23,601 nucleotides of DNA, from the NCBI GenBank assembly GCA_002189035.1, contig NEEC01000432.1, positions 1 to 23,601 on the forward strand. Direction: 5' to 3'. Shown piece by piece: positions 1 to 13,158 of this stretch (the stretch's first letter is position 1; every line of letters begins with the position of its first letter). The notes beneath the pieces are model-generated. The model saw nothing but the letters and a program-made list of their open reading frames with translations. It searched no databases and had not been told where the DNA came from. The stretch is from Utricularia gibba. Lineage: Eukaryota > Plantae > Magnoliophyta. The translations under genes and the position numbers were made by a program.

Positions 1-3000
1 CGAGAGTTAGTTGTAGCCCAAATAAAGTGATGTATTTATTATCGTTCGGTTTTCGGGGCTGCCTACATGGTTTTTCAAGGAACCGCTTCTCGTTTTGTGG
101 CGGCCAGTCTCGCTGGGAACTTGGTCCTTGACCCCGATTCTGTATGGCTCATGAGGTCAACCGGATGCAAATCGATTAAAAAAAATGATGCATTTGTTTA
201 AATTGCGATATCACGTGCACCCCACATGATTTTTTCAACAACTTACTTTATACTTGAGGAGGCGGTCTTGGGTGCACTGAACGGGACAAAGGTAAGGTTT
301 GGCTTGCCGAGTTAGTTGTAGCCCGGCAAATAAAGTGATGTATTTATTATCGTTCGGTTTTCGGGGGCTGCCTACATGGTTTTTCAAGGAACCGCTTCTC
401 GTTTTGTGGCGGCCAGTCTCGCTGGGAACTTGGTCCTTGACCCGATTCTGTATGGCTCATGAGGTCAACCGGATGCAAATCGATTAAAAAAAATGATGCA
501 TTTGTTTAAATTGCGATATCACGTGCACCCACAATTTTTTCAACAACTTACTTTATACTTGAGAGGCGGTTTGGGGTGCACTGGAACGGGACAAAGGTAA
601 GGTTTGGCTTGCGCCGAGAGTTAGTTGTAGCCCGGCAAATAAAGTGATGTATTTATTATCGTTCGTTTTCGGGGCTGCCTACATGTTTTTCAAGGAACCG
701 CTTCTCGTTTTGTGGCGCCAGTCTCGCTGGGAACTTGGTCCTTGACCCCGATTCTGTATGGCTCATGAGTCAACCGGATGCAAATCGATTAAAAAAAATG
801 ATGCATTTGTTTAAATTGCGATATCAGTGCACCCCACATATTTTTTCAACAACTTACTTTATACTTGGAGGCGGTCTTGGGGGCACTGGAACGGGACAAA
901 GGTAAGGTTTGGCTTGCAAGAGTTAGTTGTAGCCCCAAATAAAGTGATGTATTTATTATCGTTCGTTTTCGGGGCTGCCTACATGGTTTTTCAAGGAACC
1001 GCTTCTCGTTTTGTGGCGGCCAGTCTCGCTGGGAACTTGGTCCTTGACCCCGATTCTGTATGGCTCATGAGGTCAACCGGATGCAAATCGATTAAAAAAA
1101 ATGATGCATTTGTTTAAATTGCGATATCACGTGCACCCCACATGATTTTTTCAACAACTTACTTTATACTTGAGGAGGCGTCTTGGGGCACTGGAACGGA
1201 CAAAGGTAAGGTTTGGCTTGCCCGAGAGTTAGTTGTAGCCCGGCAAATAAAGTGATGTATTTATTATCGTTCGGTTTTCGGGGCTGCCTACATGGTTTTT
1301 CAAGGAACCGCTTCTCGTTGTGGCGGCCAGTCTCGCTGGGAACTTGGTCCTTGACCCCGATTCTGTATGGCTCATGAGGTCAACCGGATGCAAATCGATT
1401 AAAAAAAATGATGCATTTGTTTAAATTGCGATATCACGTGCACCCCACATGATTTTTTCAACAACTTACTTTATACTGAGGAGGCGGTCTTGGGTGCACC
1501 TGAACGGACAAAGGTAAGTTTGGCTTGCGCCGAGAGTTAGTTGTAGCCCACAAATAAAGTGATGTATATCGTTCGGTTTTCTGCCTACATGGTTTTTCAA
1601 GGAACCGCTTCTCGTTTTGTGGCGGCCAGTCTCGCTGGGAACTTGGTCCTTGACCCCGATTCTGTATGGCTCATGAGGTCAACCGGATGCAAATCGATTA
1701 AAAAAAATGATGCATTTGTTTAAATTGCGATATCATGTGCACCCCACATGATTTTTTCAACAACTTACTTTATACTTGAGGAGGCGGTCTTGGGGTGCAG
1801 CTGGAACGGGACAAAGGTAAGGTTTGGCTTGCGCGAGAGTTAGTTGTAGCCCGGCAAATAAAGTGATGTATTTATTATCGTTCGGTTTTCGGGGGCTGCC
1901 TACATGGTTTTTCAAGGAACCGCTTCTCGTTTTGTGGCGGCCAGTCTCGCTGGGAACTTGGTTGACCCCGATTCTGTATGGCTCATGAGGTCAACCGGAT
2001 GCAAATCGATTAAAAAAAATGATGCATTTGTTTAAATTGCGATATCACGTGCACCCCACATGATTTTTTCAACAACTTACTTTATACTTGAGGAGGCGGT
2101 CTTGGGTGCACTTGAACGGGACAAAGGTAAGGTTTGGCTTGCGCCGAGAGTTAGTTGTAGCAAATAAAGTGATTTATTATCGTTCGGTTTTCGGGGCTGC
2201 CTACATGGTTTTTCAAGGAACCGCTTCTCGTTTTGTGGCGGCCAGTCTCGCTGGGAACTTGGTCCTTGACCCCGATTCTGTATGGCTCATGAGGTCAACC
2301 GGATGCAAATCGATTAAAAAAAATGATGCATTTGTTTAAATTGCGATATCACGCACCCCACATGATTTTTTCAACAACTTACTTTATACTTGAGGAGGCG
2401 GTCTTGGGGTGCACCTGAACGGGACAAAGGTAAGGTTTGGCTTGCGCCGAGAGTTAGTTGTAGCCCGACAAATAAAGTGATATTTTTTATCGTTCGGTTT
2501 TCGGGGCCTACATGGTTTTTCAAGGAACCGCTTCTCGTTTTGTGGCGGCCAGTCTCGCTGGGAACTTGGTCCTTGACCCCGATTCTGTATGGCTCATGAG
2601 GTCAACCGGATGCAAATCGATTAAAAAAAATGATGCATTTGTTTAAATTGCGATCATGTGCACCCCACATGATTTTTTCAACAACTTACTTTATACTTGG
2701 GAGGCGGTCTTGGGGTGCAGAACGGGACAAAGGTAAGGTTTGGCTTGCCCGTTAGTTGTAGCCCGGCAAATAAAGTGATGTATTTTTATCGTTCGGTTTT
2801 CGGGGGCTGCCTACATGGTTTTGGAACCGCTTCTCGTTTTGTGGCGGCCAGTCTCGCTGGGAACTTGGTTGACCCCGATTCTGTATGGCTCATGAGGTCA
2901 ACCGGATGCAAATCGATTAAAAAAAATGATGCATTTGTTTAAATTGCGATATCACGTGCACCCCACATGATTTTTTCAACAACTTACTTTATACTTGAGG

Positions 3001-6000
3001 AGGCGGTCTTGGGGTGCACCTGGAACGGGACAAAGGTAAGGTTTGGCTTGCGCCGAGAGTTAGTTGTACAAATAAAGTGATGTATTTATTATCGTTCGGT
3101 TTTCGGGGGCTGCCTACATGGTTTTTCAAGGAACCGCTTCTCGTTTTGTGGCGGCCAGTCTCGCTGGGAACTTGGTCCTTGACCCCGATTCTGTATGGCT
3201 CATGAGGTCAACCGGATGCAAATCGATTAAAAAAAATGATGCATTTGTTTAAATTGCTGCACCCCACATGATTTTTTCAACAACTTACTTTATACTTGTC
3301 TTGGGTGCACCTGGAACGGGACAAAGGTAAGGTTTGGCTTGCGCGAGAGTTAGTTGTAGCCCGCAAATAAAGTGATGTATTTATTATCGTTCGGTTTTCG
3401 GGGGCTGCCTACATGGTTTTTCAAGGAACCGCTTCTCGTTTTGTGGCGCCAGTCTCGCTGGGAACTTGGTCCTTGACCCCGATTCTGTATGGCTCATGAG
3501 GTCAACCGGATGCAAATCGATTAAAAAAAATGATGCATTTGTTTAAATTGCGATATCACGTGCACCCCACATGATTTTTTCAACAACTTACTTTATACTT
3601 GAGAGGCGGTTTTGGGTGCACTGGAACGGGACAAAGGTAAGGTTTGGCTTGCGCCGAGAGTTAGTTGTAGCCCCAAATAAAGTGATGTATTTTTATCGTT
3701 CGGTTTTCGGGGGCTGCCTACATGGTTTTTCAAGGAACCGCTTCTCGTTTTGTGGCGGCCAGTCTCGCTGGGAACTTGGTCCTTGACCCCGATTCTGTAT
3801 GGCTCATGAGGTCAACCGGATGCAAATCGATTAAAAAAAATGATGCATTTGTTTAAATTGCGATATCACGTGCACCCCACATGATTTTTTCAACAACTTA
3901 CTTTATACTTGTCTTGGGGTGCAGAACGGGACAAAGGTAAGGTTTGGCTTGCGCCGAGAGTTAGTTGTAGACAAATAAAGTGATGTATTTATTATCGTTC
4001 GGTTTTCGGGGCTGCCTACATGGTTTTTCAAGGAACCGCTTCTCGTTTTGTGGCGGCCAGTCTCGCTGGGAACTTGGTCCTTGACCCCGATTTCTGTATG
4101 GCTCATGAGGTCAACCGGATGCAAATCGATTAAAAAAAATGATGCTTAAATTGCGATATCACGTGCACCCCACATGATTTTTTCAACAACTTACTTTATA
4201 CTTGAGGAGGCGGTCTTGGGTGCACTGGAACCAAGGTTTTGGCTTGCCCGAGAGTTAGTTGTACAAATAAAGTGATGTATTTATTATCGTTCGGTTTTCG
4301 GGGCTGCCTACATGGTTTTTCAAGGAACCGCTTCTCGTTTTGTGGCGGCCAGTCTCGCTGGGAACTTGGTCCTTGACCCCGATTCTGTATGGCTCATGAG
4401 GTCAACCGGATGCAAATCGATTAAAAAAATGATGCATTTGTTTAAATTGCGATATCACGTGCACCCACATGATTTTTTCAACAACTTACTTTATACTTGA
4501 GGAGGCGGTCTTGGGGTGCACCTTGAACGGACAAAGGTAAGGTTTGGCTTGCGCCAGAGTTAGTTGTAGCCCAAATAAAGTGATGTATTTATTATCGTTC
4601 GGTTTTCGGGGGCTGCCTACATGGTTTTTCAAGGAACCGCTTCTCGTTTTGTGGCGGCCAGTCTCGCTGGGAACTTGGTCCTTGACCCCGATTCTGTATG
4701 GCTCATGAGGTCAACCGGATGCAAATCGATTAAAAAAAATGATGCATTTGTTTAAATTGCGATATCACGTGCACCCCACATGATTTTTTCAACAACTTAC
4801 TTTATACTTGAGGAGGCGGTCTTGGGGTGCACCTGAACGGGACAAAGGTAAGGTTTGGCTTGCCGAGAGTTAGTTGTAGCCCCACAAATAAAGTGATGTA
4901 TTTATTATCGTTCGGTTTTCGGGGGCTGCCTACATGGTTTTTCAAGGAACCGCTTCTCGTTTTGTGGCGGCCAGTCTCGCTGGGAACTTGGTCCTTGACC
5001 CCGATTCTGTATGGCTCATGAGGTCAACCGGATGCAAATCGATTAAAAAAAATGATGCATTTGTTTAAATTGCGATATCACGTGCACCCCACATGATTTT
5101 TTCAACAACTTACTTTATACTTGAGAGGCGGTCTTTGGGTGCACTGGAACGGGACAAAGGTAAGGTTTGGCTTGCGCCGAGAGTTAGTTGTAGCCCGGCA
5201 AATAAAGTGATGTATTTTTATCGTTCGGTTTTCGGGGCTGCCTACATGGTTTTTCAAGGAACCGCTTCTCGTTTTGTGGCGGCCAGTCTCGCTGGGAACT
5301 TGGTCCTTGACCCCGATTCTGTATGGCTCATGAGGTCAACCGGATGCAAATCGATTAAAAAAAATGATGCATTTGTTTAAATTGCGATATCACGTGCACC
5401 CCACATGATTTTTTCAACAACTTACTTTATACTTGGGAGGCGGTCTTGGGGTGCACCTTGAACGGGACAAAGGTAAGGTTTGGCTTGCGCCGAGAGTTAG
5501 TTAGCCCGACAAATAAAGTGTTATATCGTTCGGTTTTCGGGGCTGCCTATGGTTTTCAAGGAACCGCTTCTCGTTTTGTGGCGGCCAGTCTCGCTGGGAA
5601 CTTGGTCCTTGACCCCGATTCTGTATGGCTCATGAGGTCAACCGATGCAAATCGATTAAAAAAAATGATGCATTTGTTTAAATTGCGATATCGTGCACCC
5701 CACATGATTTTTTCAACAACTTACTTTATACTTGAGGAGGCGGTCTTGGGGTGCAGCTGGAACGGGACAAAGGTAAGGTTTGGCTTGCGCGAGAGTTAGT
5801 TGTAGCCCGGCAAATAAAGTGATGTATTTATTATCGTTCGTTTTCGGGGGGCCTACATGGTTTTTCAAGGAACCGCTTCTCGTTTTGTGGCGGCCAGTCT
5901 CGCTGGGAACTTGGTCCTTGACCCGATTCTGTATGGCTCATGAGGTCAACCGGATGCAAATCGATTAAAAAAAATGATGCATTGTTTAAATTGCGATATC

Positions 6001-9000
6001 ACGTGCACCCCACATGATTTTTTTTCAACAACTTACTTTATACTTGAGGAGGCGGTCTTGGGGTGCACTTGAACGGGACAAAGGTAAGGTTTGGCTTGCG
6101 CCGAGAGTTAGTTGTAGCCCCAAATAAAGTGATGTATTTATTATCGTTCGGTTTTCGGGCTGCCTACATGGTTTTTCAAGGAACCGCTTCTCGTTTTGTG
6201 GCGGCCAGTCTCGCTGGAACTTGGTCCTTGACCCCGATTCTGTATGGCTCATGAGGTCAACCGGATGCAAATCGATTAAAAAAATGATGCATTTGTTTAA
6301 ATTGCGATATCACGTGCACCCACATGATTTTTTCAACAACTTACTTTATACTTGAGGAGGCGGTCTTGGGGTGCACCTGGAACGGGACAAAGGTAAGGTT
6401 TGGCTTGCGCGAGAGTTAGTTGTAGGCAAATAAAGTGATGTATTTTTATCGTTCGGTTTTCGGGGCTGCCTACATGGTTTTTCAAGGAACCGCTTCTCGT
6501 TTTGTGGCGGCCAGTCTCGCTGGGAACTTGGTCCTTGACCCCGATTCTGTATGGCTCATGAGGTCAACCGGATGCAAATCGATTAAAAAAATGATGCATT
6601 TGTTTAAATTGCGATATCACGTGCACCCCACATGATTTTTTTCAACAACTTACTTTATACTTGGGAGGCGTCTTGGGGTGCACCTTGAACGGGACAAAGG
6701 TAAGGTTTGGCTTGCGCGAGAGTTAGTTGTAGCCCCACAAATAAAGTGATTTATATCGTTCGGTTTTCGGGGCTGCCTACATGGTTTTTCAAGGAACCGC
6801 TTCTCGTTTTGTGGCGGCCAGTCTCGCTGGGAACTTGGTCCTTGACCCCGATTCTGTATGGCTCATGAGGTCAACCGGATGCAAATCGATTAAAAAAAAT
6901 GATGCATTTGTTTAAATTGCGATATCACGTGCACCCCACATGATTTTTTCAACAACTTACTTTATACTTGAGGAGGCGGTCTTGGGTGCACCTGGAACGG
7001 GACAAAGGTAAGGTTTGGCTTGCGCCGAGAGTTAGTTGTAGCCCGACAAATAAAGTGATATTTATTATCGTTCGGTTTTCGGGGCTGCCTACATGGTTTT
7101 CAAGGAACCGCTTCTCGTTTTGTGGCGGCCAGTCTCGCTGGGAACTTGGTCCTTGACCCCGATTCTGTATGGCTCATGAGGTCAACCGGATGCAAATCGA
7201 TTAAAAAAAATGATGCATTTGTTTAAATTGCGATATCACGTGCACCCACATGATTTTTTCAACAACTTACTTTATACTTGAGGAGGCGGTCTTGGGTGCA
7301 CTGGAACGGACAAAGGTAAGGTTTGGCTTGCAGAGTTAGTTGTACAAATAAAGTGATGTATTTATTATCGTTCGGTTTTCGGGGGCTGCCTACATGGTTT
7401 TTGGAACCGCTTCTCGTTTTGTGGCGGCCAGTCTCGCTGGGAACTTGGTTTTGACCCCGATTCTGTATGGCTCATGAGGTCAACCGGATGCAAATCGATT
7501 AAAAAAAATGATGCATTTGTTTAAATTGCGATATCACGTGCACCCCACATGATTTTTTCAACAACTTACTTTATACTTGAGGAGGCGGTCTTGGGGTGCA
7601 CTGGAACGGGACAAAGGTAAGGTTTGGCTTGCCCGAGAGTTAGTTGTAGCCCGGCAAATAAAGTGATGTATTTATTATCGTTCGGTTTTCGGGGCTGCCT
7701 ACATGGTTTTTCAAGGAACCGCTTCTCGTTTTGTGGCGGCCAGTCTCGCTGGGAACTTGGTCCTTGACCCCGATTCTGTATGGCTCATGAGGTCAACCGG
7801 ATGCAAATCGATTAAAAAAAATGATGCATTTGTTTAAATTGCGATATGTGCACCCCACATGATTTTTTCAACAACTTACTTTATACTTGAGGAGGCGGTC
7901 TTGGGGTGCACCTGAACGGACAAAGGTAAGGTTTGGCTTGCGCCGAGAGTTAGTTGTAGCCCGCAAATAAAGTGATGTATTTATTATCGTTCGGTTTTCG
8001 GGGGCTGCCTACATGGTTTTTCAAGGAACCGCTTCTCGTTTTGTGGCGGCCAGTCTCGCTGGGAACTTGGTCCTTGACCCCGATTCTTATGGCTCATGAG
8101 GTCAACCGGATGCAAATCGATTAAAAAAATGATGCATTGTTTAAATTGCGATATCACGTGCACCCCACATGATTTTTTCAACAACTTACTTTATACTTGG
8201 AGGCGGTCTTGGGTGCACTGGAACGGGACAAAGGTAAGGTTTGGCTTGCAAGAGTTAGTTGTAGCCCGGCAAATAAAGTGATGTATTTTTATCGTTCGGT
8301 TTTCGGGGGCTGCCTACATGGTTTTTCAAGGAACCGCTTCTCGTTTTGTGGCGGCCAGTCTCGCTGGGAACTTGGTCCTTGACCCCGATTCTGTATGGCT
8401 CATGAGGTCAACCGGATGCAAATCGATTAAAAAAAATGATGCATTTGTTTAAATTGCGATATCACGTGCACCCCACATGATTTTTTTCAACAACTTACTT
8501 TATACTTGGGAGGCGGTCTTGGGGTGCACCTTGAACGGGACAAAGGTAAGGTTTGGCTTGCCCGAGAGTTAGTTGTAGCAAATAAAGTGATGTATTTATT
8601 ATCGTTCGGTTTTCGGGGCTGCCTACATGGTTTTTCAAGGAACCGCTTCTCGTTTTGTGGCGGCCAGTCTCGCTGGGAACTTGGTCCTTGACCCCGATTC
8701 TGTATGGCTCATGAGGTCAACCGGATGCAAATCGATTAAAAAAAATGATGCATTTGTTTAAATTGCGATATCACGTGCACCCCACATGATTTTTTCAACA
8801 ACTTACTTTATACTTGGAGGCGGTCTTGGGTGCACTGGAACGGGACAAAGGTAAGGTTTGGCTTGCGAGAGTTAGTTGTAGCCCGACAAATAAAGTGATG
8901 TATTTATTATCGTTCGGTTTTCGGGGGCTGCCTACATGGTTTTTCAAGGAACCGCTTCTCGTTTGTGGCGGCCAGTCTCGCTGGGAACTTGGTCCTTGAC

Positions 9001-12000
9001 CCCGATTCTGTATGGCTCATGAGGTCAACCGGATGCAAATCGATTAAAAAAAATGATGCATTTGTTTAAATTGCGATATCACGTGCACCCCACATGATTT
9101 TTTCAACAACTTACTTATACTTGAGGAGGCGGTCTTGGGTGCACTTGAACGGGACAAAGGTAAGGTTTGGCTTGCGCGAGAGTTAGTTGTAGCCCGGCAA
9201 ATAAAGTGATGTATTTATTATCGTTCGGTTTTCGGGGGCTGCCTACATGGTTTTTCAAGGAACCGCTTCTCGTTTTGTGGCGGCCAGTCTCGCTGGGAAC
9301 TTGGTCCTTGACCCCGATTCTGTATGGCTCATGAGGTCAACGGATGCAAATCGATTAAAAAAATGATGCATTTGTTTAAATTGCGATATCACGTGCACCC
9401 CACATGATTTTTTCAACAACTTACTTTATACTTCGGTCTTGGGGTGCAACGGGACAAAGGTAAGGTTTGGCTTGCGCCGAGAGTTAGTTAGTTGTAGCCC
9501 GCAAATAAAGTGATGTATTTATTATCGTTCGGTTTTCGGGGGCTGCCTACATGGTTTTTCAAGGAACCGCTTCTCGTTTTGTGGCGGCCAGTCTCGCTGG
9601 GAACTTGGTCCTTGACCCCGATTCTGTATGGCTCATGAGGTCAACCGGATGCAAATCGATTAAAAAAAATGATGCATTTGTTTAAATTGCGATATCACGT
9701 GCACCCCACATGATTTTTTCAACAACTTACTTTATACTTGGGCGGTCTTGGGGTGCACTGGAACGGGACAAAGGTAAGGTTTGGCTTGCCCGAGAGTTAG
9801 TTGTAGCCCGCAAATAAAGTGATGTATTTATTATCGTTCGGTTTTCGGGGGCTGCCTACATGGTTTTCAAGGAACCGCTTCTCGTTTTGTGGCGGCCAGT
9901 CTCGCTGGGAACTTGGTCCTTGACCCCGATTCTGTATGGCTCATGAGGTCAACCGGATGCAAATCGATTAAAAAAAATGATGCATTTGTTTAAATTGCGA
10001 TATCACGTGCACCCCACATGATTTTTTCAACAACTTACTTTATACTTGGAGGCGGTCTTGGGGTGCACTTGAACGGACAAAGGTAAGGTTTGGCTTGCGC
10101 CGAGAGTTAGTTGTAGCAAATAAAGTGATGTATTTATATCGTTCGGTTTTCGGGGCTGCCTACATGGTTTTTCAAGGAACCGCTTCTCGTTTTGTGGCGG
10201 CCAGTCTCGCTGGGAACTTGGTCCTTGACCCCGATTTTGTATGGCTCATGAGGTCAACCGGATGCAAATCGATTAAAAAAAATGATGCATTTGTTTAAAT
10301 TGCGATATCACGTGCACCCCACATGATTTTTTCAACAACTTACTTTATACTTGAGGAGGCGGTCTTGGGTGCACCTGGAAGGACAAAGGTAAGGTTTGGC
10401 TTGCCGAGAGTTAGTTGTAGCCCAAATAAAGTGATGTATTTATTATCGTTCGGTTTTCGGGGGCTGCCTACATGGTTTTTCAAGGAACCGCTTCTCGTTT
10501 TGTGGCGGCCAGTCTCGCTGGGAACTTGGTCCTTGACCCCGATTCTGTATGGCTCATGAGGTCAACCGGATGCAAATCGATTAAAAAAAATGATGCATTT
10601 GTTTAAATTGCGATATCACGTGCACCCCACATGATTTTTTTCAACAACTTACTTTATACTTGGGAGGCGGTCTTGGGGTGCACCTTGAACGGGACAAAGG
10701 TAAGGTTTGGCTTGCGCCGAGAGTTAGTTGTAGCAAATAAAGTGATGTATTTTATCGTTCGTTTTCGGGGGCTGCCTACATGGTTTTTCAAGGAACCGCT
10801 TCTCGTTTTGTGGCGGCCAGTCTCGCTGGGAACTTGGTCCTTGACCCGATTCTGTATGGCTCATGAGGTCAACCGGATGCAAATCGATTAAAAAAAATGA
10901 TGCATTTGTTTAAATTGCGATATCACGTGCACCCCACATGATTTTTTCAACAACTTACTTTATACTTGAGGAGGCGGTCTTGGGGTGCACTTGAACGGGA
11001 CAAAGGTAAGGTTTGGCTTGCGCCGAGAGTTAGTTGTAGCCCGACAAATAAAGTGATGTATTTATTATCGTTCGGTTTTCGGGGCTGCCTACATGGTTTT
11101 TCAAGGAACCGCTTCTCGTTTTGTGGCGGCCAGTCTCGCTGGGAACTTGGTCCTTGACCCCGATTCTGTATGGCTCATGAGGTCAACCGGATGCAAATCG
11201 ATTAAAAAAAATGATGCATTTGTTTAAATTGCGATATCACGTGCACCCACATGATTTTTTTCAACAACTTACTTTATACTTGGGGGCGGTCTTGGGTGCA
11301 CTTGAACGGGACAAAGGTAAGGTTTGGCTTGCGCCGAGAGTTAGTTGTAGCCCCAAATAAAGTGATGTATTTATTATCGTTCGGTTTTCGGGGCTGCCTA
11401 CATGGTTTTTCAAGGAACCGCTTCTCGTTTTGTGGCGGCCAGTCTCGCTGGGAACTTGGTCCTTGACCCCGATTCTGTATGGCTCATGAGGTCAACCGGA
11501 TGCAAATCGATTAAAAAAAATGATGCATTTGTTTAAATTGCGATATCACGTGCACCCCACATGATTTTTTTCAACAACTTACTTTATACTTGAGGAGGCG
11601 GTCTTGGGGTGCACCTGGAACGGACAAAGGTAAGGTTTGGCTTGCGGCGAGAGTTAGTTGTAGCCCACAAATAAAGTGATGTATTTATTATCGTTCGGTT
11701 TTCGGGGGCTGCCTACATGGTTTTTCAAGGAACCGCTTCTCGTTTTGGCGGCCAGTCTCGCTGGGAACTTGGTCCTTGACCCCGATTCTGTATGGCTCAT
11801 GAGGTCAACCGGATGCAAATCGATTAAAAAAAATGATGCATTTGTTTAAATTGCGATATCACGTGCACCCCACATGATTTTTTCAACAACTTACTTTATA
11901 CTTGAGGAGGCGGTCTTGGGTGCACTTGAACGGGACAAAGGTAAGGTTTGGCTTGCCCGAGAGTTAGTTGTAGCCCCACAAATAAAGTGATATTTATATC

Positions 12001-12888
12001 GTTCGGTTTTCGGGGCTGCCTACATGGTTTTCAAGGAACCGCTTCTCGTTTGTGGCGCCAGTCTCGGAAATTGGTCCTTGACCCCGATTCTGTATGGCTC
12101 ATGAGGTCAACCGGATGCAAATCGATTAAAAAAAATGATGCATTTGTTTAAATTGCGATATCACGTGCACCCCACATGATTTTTTCAACAACTTACTTTA
12201 TACTTGAGGAGGCGGTCTTGGGGTGCACTGGAACGGGACAAAGGTAAGGTTTGGCTTGCCGAGAGTTAGTTGTAGACAAATAAAGTGATGTATTTATTAT
12301 CGTTTCGGTTTTCGGGGGCTGCCTACATGGTTTTTCAAGGAACCGCTTCTCGTTTTGTGGCGGCCAGTCTCGCTGGGAACTTGGTCCTTGACCCCGATTC
12401 TGTATGGCTCATGAGGTCAACCGGATGCAAATCGATTAAAAAAAATGATGCATTTGTTTAAATTGCGATTATGTGCACCCCACATGATTTTTTCAACAAC
12501 TTACTTTATACTTGGGAGGCGGTCTTGGGGTGCAGAACGGGACAAGGTAAGGTTTGGCTTGCGCCGAGAGTTAGTTGTAGCCCGACAAATAAAGTGATGT
12601 ATTTTATTATCGTTCGGTTTTCGGGGGCTGCCTACATGGTTTTTCAAGGAACCGCTTCTCGTTTTGTGGCGGCCAGTCTCGCTGGAACTTGGTCCTTGAC
12701 CCCGATTCTGTATGGCTCATGAGGTCAACCGGATGCAAATCGATTAAAAAAAATGATGCATTTGTTTAAATTGCGATATCACGTGCACCCCACATGATTT
12801 TTTCAACAACTTACTTTATACTTGAGGAGGCGTCTTGGGTGCACCTGAACGGGACAAAGGTAAGGTTTGGCTTGCGCCGAGAGTTAGT

Positions 12889-12948
12889 TGTAGCCCCACA
12901 AATAAAGTGATGTATTTATTATCGTTCGGTTTTCGGGGGCTGCCTACA
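12889..12948 (+). other. Predicted imperfect stem-loop in each monomer
   Basis: GTAGCCC (12890-12896) pairs with GGGCTGC (12937-12943, one G-U pair if RNA). TGTAG (12889-12893) can alternatively pair with CTACA (12944-12948). Inner AATAAA (12901-12906) pairs with TTTATT (12915-12920). Paired by eye, not computed. Confidence 0.5.
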
Positions 12949-13095
12949 TGGTTTTTCAAGGAACCGCTTCTCGTTTTGTGGCGGCCAGTCTCGCTGGGAA
13001 CTTGGTCCTTGACCCCGATTCTGTATGGCTCATGAGGTCAACCGGATGCAAATCGATTAAAAAAAATGATGCATTTGTTTAAATTGCGATATCAC

Positions 13096-13158
13096 GTGCA
13101 CCCCACATGATTTTTTCAACAACTTACTTTATACTTGGGAGGCGGTCTTGGGGTGCAC
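13096..13158. repeat. 10-bp perfect inverted repeat GTGCACCCCA / TGGGGTGCAC with ~43-44-nt spacer, present in essentially every monomer
   Basis: Arms at 13096-13105 and 13149-13158 are exact reverse complements. The match extends to 12/13 in copies reading CACGTGCACCCCA...TGGGGTGCACCTG. Confidence 0.9.

Noticed and set aside
3251-4265. Recurrent 6-10-bp deletions (e.g. loss of AGGAGGCGG near 3298 and 3911; TTGTACAAAT at 4259) as true alleles
   Set aside because: They lie in the error-prone zone, have variable endpoints between copies and are not linked to substitutions. They are more likely sequencing or consensus skips.
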